Source: Candidatus Vampirococcus lugosii (lineage in GTDB: Bacteria > Patescibacteriota > Gracilibacteria > Absconditabacterales > Absconditicoccaceae). From it: a DNA stretch of 26,684 nt. Made by a program: the position numbers and the translations under genes. Where the stretch lies: the NCBI RefSeq assembly GCF_018420025.1, contig NZ_JAEDAM010000006.1, positions 1-26,684 on the forward strand. The letters run 5' to 3'. Under the pieces are notes generated by a model, which had not been told where the DNA came from, ran no database searches, and saw nothing but the letters and a program-made list of their open reading frames with translations. Shown piece after piece: positions 19,991-26,684 of this stretch. Positions within the stretch are counted from its first letter, which is position 1; the number at the start of each line of letters is the position of its first letter.

Positions 19991-21100
19991 ATGATAGAGA
20001 TATTAAAAAATCTTATAAATATAAAAAGTATTGATTGAAAAGAAGAAGAAAAGAAAAAAATTTGTGATTATGTTTGTTCCCTTTTTGAAAATAATTGATT
20101 CTTTATAGAAAAATTTGAAAATAATTGAATTTATTCAATAATTATTTCATCAAAATGATGAAAAGATTTAGATTTTTTATTTTGTTGACATTTGGATGTA
20201 GTAGATGCAGATGAAGAAACTTGGGAATTTTATGAAGATGAAGACTTTTTTTATTGAAGATGAAGTTTGGACATGAAATGAAATTGTGCTGTTATGATAA
20301 ATAGCTTTTTGGACAATAAAGAAAAAATAATTAATTGTGATAAAAATTTTGCATTAATGTTTACAACAGATGAGGAAATTTGATCTAATTTGGGAGTAAA
20401 TTATTTGATAAATAAAATATGATTTAAAGCTAATATGGTTTATATACCAGATACTTGAGCTTGAATGAATAAATATTTGAAAGAATGAAAATGATTTATT
20501 TTTTCTGAAATAAACATAAATTGAACTGAATCTCATGGATGTAGACCTTGGAGATGAAAAAGTGTTTTGGATACTTTTATAGATTTTTATGAGCAACTTT
20601 ATAAAACTTTTCCAAAAGCAAGTTGAGATGAAGATGGTTGGCTTTCTACTTCTGCTAATATTTGAATAATAAATTGATGAGATGCTTTCAATAAAGTAAT
20701 GGGAAATTTAAATTTTAAATTAGATATTAGATTTAATCCTAATAACTCTATTGATGAAATTGAACAAAAATTAAATTCATTAGTAAGTAAATTTGATAAT
20801 ATTGAATTTAATATAATTCAAAAATTTTCATGATTTGTTGTTGATGAAAATTCGGAATATATAAAAAAATATTTGGATATTATTAAAGAATATTATCAAG
20901 AAGAAATAAAAGATGAAAAAGAATTTTGATCTAATGATGGTAGATTTTTTGTTCCATTAACAAATAATATTATAATGACTGGAGCTTTAGGTTATTGATA
21001 TCATTCAAAATGAGAAAAAGTTTACAAAAAAGAATTATTTGACTTCAAAATAATTTTGGACAAATATTTGATTGAATTGATTTATAGCGAAAAAAATTAA
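19991..21100 (+). CDS. M20-family metallopeptidase (ArgE/DapE/ACY1-like amidohydrolase, 369 aa)
   Basis: ATG 19991 to TAA 21098-21100, checked codon by codon. The metal-ligand blocks are LFCGHLDVVDA, FFYGRGSLDMKGN, MFTTDEEIGS and GYGYHSKGEKV. It starts 22 nt after the preceding gene. Confidence 0.85.
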
Positions 21101-21148
21101 AATTATATATGTTTTGAGTTTATATATTTTATAATTTATTTTTTTTAT

Positions 21149-21189
21149 AAAAAAACCGCTAAGGATATGCCTTGCGGTAATTATTTTTT
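21149..21189. terminator. bidirectional Rho-independent terminator
   Basis: The sequence is A7 (21149-21155), accgc-t-aagg / atatg / cctt-gcggt (21155-21178), then aattaTTTTTT. On the minus strand the hairpin is followed directly by T7, and on the plus strand by T6 after 5 nt. Confidence 0.7.
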
Positions 21190-21249
21190 AAAGATATATG
21201 GTAGAAATTTATATATTTCTAATAACCCAAAAATCTTAATATTTTTATT

Positions 21250-21369
21250 GCTTGCATAACCATTGTAAGTATGCTAAGCTGAGGATATGCCTCAAAATGA
21301 CAAAAACCAAAATCAAGGTATCTGGTGAAGGTGCCAGTGATTTAGTTTTTGACTATATATAGTATAGTC
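21250..21369. ncRNA. unclassified structured-RNA candidate (four consecutive hairpins in a locally GC-enriched intergenic island)
   Basis: H1 is gcttgcat/atgctaagc (21250-21279). H2 is tgagg-atatg-cctca (21280-21294). H3 is caaaaaccaaaatca...tgatttagtttttg with inner ctgg/ccag (21301-21351). H4 is gactata-tatag-tatagtc (21351-21369). No ORF is present, and neither strand nor family is determined. Confidence 0.35.
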
Positions 21370-21427
21370 AATATTGTATATAATACAATTTATATAAAAA
21401 ATAAATCAAAATTAATACTTAAATAAG

Positions 21428-21455
21428 TTGACAAATATTATTTTTTATATTTAAT
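21428..21455 (+). promoter_or_regulatory. candidate sigma70-type promoter for the downstream surface-protein gene
   Basis: TTGACA (21428-21433), a 16-nt spacer, then TTTAAT (21450-21455). -10-like hexamers are everywhere in this AT-rich DNA, so only the perfect -35 gives this any weight. Confidence 0.3.
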
Positions 21456-21692
21456 AAATATTAAATGATATATAATAGTTATCATAAATAAATTAATATA
21501 CTAACAATAAAAAATAATAAAAAAATATTTTTAATAAAAATATTTAAAAAAACAATACAGTAAATAATATATTTATACTAAAAGATTATTTAGTATATAA
21601 TATATATAAAAATAGTTTAAAAAATTTGCAAAATATAAAAATTTATATACAATAATTAATACATTTATATTTAATAATTAACTATATAAAAA

Positions 21693-22715
21693 ATGAGTAA
21701 AAAATTAATATCATTATTTATTATTATGTTGTGAATTTTTCCTCTATTTACTTTTTCTCAAGACGATTTGTGAGATGATACTTGGTGAGATGATACTTGG
21801 TGAGATGATACTTGGTGAGATGAAGATATTTGAGAAGGTCTTTGAGATGATACTTGGTGAGATTGAAATGATGATTGGTGAGATGATGATTGGTGAGATG
21901 ATGGTTGGTGAGATGATGCTTGGGGCTATTCTTCAAATGATACTGTAGAATTAATAGAAGCTAAAGAAAATTCTTTAATTTTGGAGATTCCTTTGATTGA
22001 AGATGCTAATGCTAATACAATATTTAATTATGATGTTTATTATTCTACTGAATCAGACTCTATAAATGCTAATAGAGAAGAAGTTGTATGAATTGATCCT
22101 AATAATAATGAAGTTGAAATAAATTGATTAGTTTCTAATACTGATTATTATGTATATGTAGTACCTATTAATACTGAATGAACTGAATGAACTGAATCGG
22201 AAGAATTTATGTTTACTACTAGCGAAGAAGTTGATGATTGGTGAGATGATGGTTGGTGAGATGATAGTTGAGATGAAGATCTTTGAGATGATGATACTAA
22301 TCATTGAGCATGAGATGATTCTAGTAAGTTAAAGCCATCTTATACTAAAGAACAAGGTGATATAGAAATTACTTGGACACCTATTGAATCTGCTGATAAG
22401 GTTGAAGTATATCTTAGACATAATGATGATTCTGATTTTTCAAGAATTTGAGAAGCAAATTCTAGTCATTGAAAATTTGATATTATAGTTACTAGAAATT
22501 GAAATTATCATGTTAAATTAGTTCCAGTAAATGATATGTGAGAGCCAGTTGGTGATGAAACTACTCTTACTATTAAAGATATTAATGTAGATGATAAAGA
22601 ACCTGAGATTTGAGATGTTCCTGAAGTTGGTCCTAGTTTAAATATTTTAATATTATTTATTCTATTAGCATCATTTTGATATGTCTATCATAGATATAGA
22701 ACAAATTTACAATAA
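21693..22715 (+). CDS. secreted, C-terminally anchored surface protein with WGDD acidic repeats and two FN3-like domains (340 aa)
   Basis: ATG 21693 to TAA 22713-22715. The signal peptide is MSKKLISLFIIMLGIFPLFTFS. Repeat cluster 1 (21762-21926) reads DDTWGDDTWGDDTWGDED..DDWGDDDWGDDGWGDDAWG, and cluster 2 (22233-22319) reads DDWGDDGWGDDSGDEDLGDDD. There are two beta-rich ~90-aa modules (..YYVYVVPINTEG.. and ..YHVKLVPVNDMGEP..). The C-terminus is VPEVGPS-LNILILFILLASFGYVY-HRYR. I count about 28 in-frame TGAs. Confidence 0.8.
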
Positions 22716-22734
22716 TTTTTTCCTACTAAATAAC

Positions 22735-22769
22735 ACCTCGCAACTTATTGCGAGGTAGAAGTTTTTTTT
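22735..22769 (+). terminator. Rho-independent terminator after the surface-protein gene
   Basis: acctcgcaa-ctta-ttgcgaggt is a GC-rich 9-bp stem, followed by a T8 run at 22762-22769. Confidence 0.8.
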
Positions 22770-22858
22770 AGTAATATTTTTTCTATAAATTGTATTTTAT
22801 ATATTTTCTTTACAATCAATTTTATTTTTTTTTAATTATTTTATATACTTAATTTTTA

Positions 22859-22900
22859 TTACTAAAAAACTAGAAGTAATTATTTCTAGTTTTTTAGTAA
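22859..22900. terminator. 17-bp perfect inverted repeat (terminator-like) downstream of the minus-strand peroxiredoxin gene
   Basis: ttactaaaaaactagaa (22859-22875), loop gtaattat, and ttctagttttttagtaa (22884-22900). It sits in the convergent intergenic region, 20 nt beyond the peroxiredoxin stop codon. Confidence 0.5.
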
Positions 22901-22920
22901 TATTTAATATCTTAAAATAA

Positions 22921-23568
22921 TTATTTTAAGTTTTCTCAAACATGACCAGCAATTTTAACAGAAGGTTTAAGTACAGGTGCATCTTCAATCCAATTAGCAG
23001 GACAGGCATTACCAGGATTTTCGTTTGTAAACTTTAATGCTTTAAGTCTTCTTAAAAGTTCTTTTGCACTTCTTCAAACTGGTTCAGTACTAACTTCTAT
23101 AGATTTTAAAACACCATTTGGATCTATTATAAATGTTCATCTTTCTGAATTACCACTTTTCTCATTTAATATTCCAAAATATCTACTAATCAAAGTTTTT
23201 CTATCAGACAATAATGACAATTTAAAATCTTCAAATAATTTTTCATTTTCTATCCATCATTTGTGTGAAAAAACTGTATCAGTACTTGCTCATATAACTT
23301 CTACATTTTCCAAGTTTTTAAATTCTTCAAAATAATTATTTAAATCTTTTAATTCAGTAGGACAAACAAAAGTAAAATCAGCAGGATAAAAAACTATAGC
23401 TAACCATTTTCATCTATAGTCACTAATTTTTTTATTTACTACATCATCTTTTATAGGATCATACAATTCTAAATCAAAATCTAAAACTTCTTCTTCTATT
23501 TTTATTACAGGATAATTTGTAGATACATTATAATTTAATTCTTCCAACATCATATTTTTTTCTTCCAT
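22921..23568 (-). CDS. typical 2-Cys peroxiredoxin (AhpC/Tsa family, 215 aa)
   Basis: Minus-strand ATG 23568-23566 to TAA 22923-22921 (648 nt). The peroxidatic block is [19 protein letters not shown]. Other family blocks are [21 protein letters not shown] and [13 protein letters not shown]. The resolving Cys lies in [10 protein letters not shown]. Confidence 0.9.
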
Positions 23569-23737
23569 AGTATTTTATTTAGTTTAATAAATTAAAAGTA
23601 TACTTACTATAAGTATATATATCTATTTTATAATACAAAAAATTAGATTATTATTATAATCTTAAATATATCTTATTGAAAAACTAAATTTTATCTTTAT
23701 ATTTGATATTAAATTTAATTTATAAATACAAAAATAA

Positions 23738-26326
23738 ATGACTCCAGCTCAAAAACAATATATGGAACTTAAATCTCAAAACAAAGATTGCTTATTATTG
23801 TTTCGTATGTGAGATTTTTATGAGGCATTTTTTCAAGATGCAAAAACTTTAAGTAAAGAATTGGATATAGTTCTTACTTACAAAGATAAAAATTGTAATA
23901 ATCCTACTCCTATGGCTTGAGTTCCTTTTCATAGTATAGACAAATACTTACCAAAATTAATTCAAAAATGATATAAAATAGCTATTGCAGAACAAATTTG
24001 AACAGTAATTCCTTGACAACTTGTCAAAAGAGAAGTTGTAAATATACTTACTCCTTGAACTTTTTTGGATCAAGAAAATAAAGATTATAATTATATTTGT
24101 GCTATTACTAGTTTTGAAAGTAATGAATGAAATTATCATATTGCTTATTGAGATTTTTCTATTGGGGAATATTTTACCAAAAGTTTTATTGATTTTGAAA
24201 AATTTTTGAATTATATAATAAAATTAAATGCAAATGAAATAATATTAGATATAGATTTTTTACAAAAACAAGAACTTAAAGAACAAATTAAAATGTATCT
24301 TTCAAGTTTAATAAATATTTATGATATACCTTATGATTCTGAATCTTTTTTAAAAAATAATTTAAATGTAGAAAGTTTAGATTGATTTTGAAAATCTCTT
24401 TCTAATCCCAGAGATAAAAGTTTTGCAATGTTATTAAATTACTTATTAAATACACAGAAACAAAGTTTAAAAAATATAAATAAAATATCATATATTTCCG
24501 AAGATGAACAAGTAAATCTTGACCAAAATACAATAAGAAATTTGGAAATCTTTAAATCAAGTTATGAATGAGACAAAAAACATACTTTATTTTCTGTAAT
24601 AAATAATACAAAATCATGAATGTGAAATAGAAAAATGATAGATATAATATCAAATCCTATAAAAAATATTATTAAATTAAATAAAAGATTGGAGCATATA
24701 GATTTTTTAAAAAATAATGAAGAATTATGTCAAAATCTAATACAAGAAATACAAAAACTTAATGATATACCAAAAATAATATCTAGTATTATTTACAAAA
24801 GAAATTCTCCAGTTTTGCGAGCAAAATTAAAAAACAGTTTATCAACTATTTTCAATAAAGAAAAAAGTAAAATATTGGAATATATACAAAATAATAATTT
24901 TGAAAATATAAATATAAATCAAGAAAAAATAAATAAAATATTAAATTTTTTTAATAAAATAGATATTGCAATATCAGAACAAGCAAATGAAAATGAATAT
25001 ATAAAAGAATGATACAGTGAAATTATAGATAATGCAAGGAATTTAGCAAATAATTCAAGTGAACTTATATTAAAATATCAACAAGAAATTGTAAATCATA
25101 CCAAAGTAAATGCTATCAAAATTAAATATATTAAAAATCAATGATATTTTATAGAAACAAGCAAAAAAGATTGTAAAGATTTGGAAAAAACAAGTAATGT
25201 TAATATTGATAAATTTGATTTTGTAAGAGTTCAAACTTTAAAAAATCAAGAAAGATATATTAGTACTTACTTACAAAATATACAAGAAGAAATTTTTAAA
25301 TCCAAAGAAAAACTTGTCCAAGAACAAAAAAAAATTTTGGAAAATTTATTATCAGATATAACTATTTTGAATCAAGATTTAAATGAATTATCAGAATGAA
25401 TATGATTTATAGATATATTTACAAACATTGCGGATTTATCAAATAAAAATTGATGGTGTAAACCTACTATTACAGATATTGATCAAAAAAAAATTGATAT
25501 AAAACAATGAAGGCATCCTGTAATAGAAAAATATTTACCAATAAATGAAAATTTTGTAGCAAATGATTTATTTATAGATGAAAAAAGTACTATACAAATA
25601 ATTACCTGACCAAATATGTGATGAAAATCAACATATTTAAGACAAAATGCTATTATAGTTCTTTTGGCACATTGTTGATTTTTTGTTCCTGCAAAAACAG
25701 CAAAAATAAGTATAGTAGATTGAATTTATGCTAGAGTATGAAGTTGAGATATTATAGCCAAAAATCAATCAACTTTTCTTACAGAAATGATAGAATTAGC
25801 AAATATTATAAATAATAGTAGTGAAAAAAGTTTTATAATATTAGATGAATTATGAAGAGGAACTAGTACTTATGATTGAGTAGCTATTGCAAAATCTATA
25901 GTACAATTTATTGCAGAAAAAACAAAAGCAAAAACAATGTTTGCCACTCACTATCATGAACTTATTGATTTAGAAAAAAAATATAAAAATGTAAAAAATT
26001 ACTCTGTAGCAGTTTATGAAAATCAAAAAGAAGTTGTATTTTTAAAAAAAATAGTAAAATGATGAGCAAATAAAAGTTATGGAATAGATGTTGCAAAAAT
26101 TGCTTGATTGCCAAATGAAATATTAAATAATGCAAAAAAACATTTAAAAGATTTTGAAAATAATAAAATCAATATTACTGCCACTCCTCTATTTGAATTT
26201 GAAGATAAATCAAAACAAGATAATGAAGAATTAAAAAAAATAAAAAATGAATTAAATAATATTGATATAAATAATATAACTCCAATTCAAGCTATGCAAA
26301 TATTAAGTAAATTAAAAAATATTTAA
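23738..26326 (+). CDS. mutS: DNA mismatch repair protein MutS (862 aa)
   Basis: ATG 23738 to TAA 26324-26326 joins track ORFs 24635.., 25181.. and 26108.. in one frame. The N-terminus is [44 protein letters not shown]. Walker A is IITGPNMGGKSTYLRQ, with TGA at 25607, 25619 and 25622. Further motifs are STFLTEM, LDELGRGTSTYDG and FATHYHEL. Confidence 0.95.
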
Positions 26327-26440
26327 AATAATTTTTTGTAATAATAAATTTATTTCAATCTCAAATAATTAATATTAGAAACAAAATTTCAACTTGAAAT
26401 ATTACAAAAAAATATTATTAATGAATAAATTTTTATTAAA

Positions 26441-26684
26441 TTAAAATTTATTTTGAATAATGAAAAAAATATTATTTATATTTATTATTATTTTGTTTTG
26501 AACAATATGAAAATCTTTTGCAAATTTGGTTGATGTTGTAGAAGAAAAACAAAATAAATTAACTTCATAATCTATAGTAAAATCTGATACTACAGCATTT
26601 AATCTCTCTAGCATAAAATATGTATTTTCAGTAAGAGTTTGTCTAGCTTGTATTTGTACTCTAGAACTTATCATCCCCAAATAT
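26441..26684 (-). CDS. 3' end of a hypothetical gene running off the window (partial)
   Basis: The minus frame is open from the window edge to TAA 26443-26441. The residues ..SRVQIQARQTLTENTYFMLERLNAVVSDFTIDYEVNLF.. look protein-like, but the last ~20 codons are low-complexity I/N/F. A plus-strand 36-codon signal-peptide-like ORF overlaps it, so strand and extent are uncertain. Confidence 0.4.
   Translation of the reverse strand, partial: YLGMISSRVQIQARQTLTENTYFMLERLNAVVSDFTIDYEVNLFCFSSTTSTKFAKDFHIVQNKIIININNIFFIIQNKF

Noticed and set aside
21301-21351. SRP (4.5S) RNA helix 8, suggested by ...aaggtatctggtgaaggtgccag... at the apex of a long hairpin.
   Set aside because: I could not fold it into the conserved GNRA-tetraloop plus symmetric/asymmetric loop arrangement (AGGUCC-GGAA-GGAAGCAG). 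The apex closes as ctgg/ccag around an 8-nt loop instead. It is left as an unclassified RNA candidate.
21748-21936. Track ORF on the minus strand encoding HHLTNHHLTN...KYHLTKYHLT repeats.
   Set aside because: It is the antisense shadow of the plus-strand WGDD repeats (gat gat act tgg tga). The plus frame has a signal peptide, FN3-like modules and a C-terminal anchor, and it is continuous under table 25.
293-24139. Other standard-code track ORFs lying antisense or out of frame to the table-25 genes. These are 293..556(-), 2944..3177(+), 5240..5491(+), 6571..6780(+), 6608..6976(+) and 7614..7844(+). Also 11018..11266(+), 11622..11867(+), 11975..12160(+), 12484..12771(-), 14908..15141(-) and 15860..16147(-). 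Also 19027..19302(-), 19694..19876(+), 20354..20596(-) and 23957..24139(-).
   Set aside because: All are F/I/L/S-rich low-complexity translations typical of the complement of K/N/E-rich AT-rich genes. Each is fully contained in a longer homology-supported ORF on the other strand or frame, except 11975..12160, which lies in the intergenic remnant region.
26459-26569. A plus-strand 36-codon ORF starting MKKILFIFIIILFGTIGKSFA, signal-peptide-like and closely resembling the lipoprotein N-termini in this window. The same frame stays open after its TAA to the window end.
   Set aside because: It ends at TAA 26567-26569 after only 15 mature residues, and the downstream continuation (..VCLACICTLELI..) is not protein-like. 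The opposite strand reads more like a real protein. It cannot be excluded as a small secreted peptide or a disrupted gene, so it is recorded but not called.
1-26684. The alternative reading of TGA as tryptophan (table 4, Mollicutes-like), which the low GC content suggests.
   Set aside because: TGA falls on invariant Gly positions (G|FTLxE prepilin site, GPNMGGKST, GPGRGS, TPGC, lipobox -1). Conserved Trp positions are encoded by TGG.
1-26684. Mobile elements, prophage genes, toxin-antitoxin pairs or known defence systems. One specific idea was the AbrB/MazE-like gene at 12175 acting as an antitoxin.
   Set aside because: No transposase, integrase, terminal inverted repeats, cas, restriction or toxin ORF is visible under table 25. 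The AbrB-like gene is followed by the efflux adaptor, not a toxin, so a regulator role is more parsimonious.

Overview
This is a very AT-rich bacterial chromosomal segment that only makes sense if TGA is read as glycine (translation table 25, used by Gracilibacteria and Absconditabacteria/SR1 of the CPR). TGA sits at invariant Gly positions: the prepilin G-1 site, the MutS Walker A motif, DnaE GPGRGS, Bcp TPGC and two lipoboxes. Conserved Trp is encoded by TGG. The supplied standard-code ORF track therefore fragments almost every gene and adds antisense shadow ORFs. Retranslated by hand, the window holds about 21 genes. Plus strand, 202-2597: a membrane TPR protein, an acidic 9-aa tandem-repeat membrane protein and a type IV pilin. 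Minus strand, 10082 down to 2652: tRNA-Ser(GCU), tRNA-Met(CAU), rpmG, rpsP, a small two-TM pilin-like protein, bcp, a 4-TM protein, a 97-aa ORF, a dnaE that lacks the PHP domain, photolyase and a phosphopantetheinyl transferase. Minus strand, 10431-11915: a DKNYY-repeat lipoprotein. Plus strand, 12175-17905: an AbrB-type regulator, a 705-aa lipoprotein membrane-fusion adaptor, and an RND permease broken by two homopolymer frameshifts. Plus strand, 18037-21100: an ATP-grasp-like 643-aa protein and an M20 peptidase. 21149-21370: a GC-enriched, hairpin-rich intergenic RNA candidate. 21693-22715: a WGDD-repeat/FN3 surface protein. The window ends with a 2-Cys peroxiredoxin (minus), mutS (plus) and a partial minus-strand ORF. 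I saw no CRISPR array, transposase, integrase or recognisable defence system. The most unusual items are the recoding itself, the PHP-less dnaE, the frameshifted RND gene (one shift lies exactly on an A_AAA_AAG heptamer), the expanded coiled-coil adaptor, the TGA-dense WGDD surface protein and the unclassified structured RNA. All translations were done by eye and no database search was possible.
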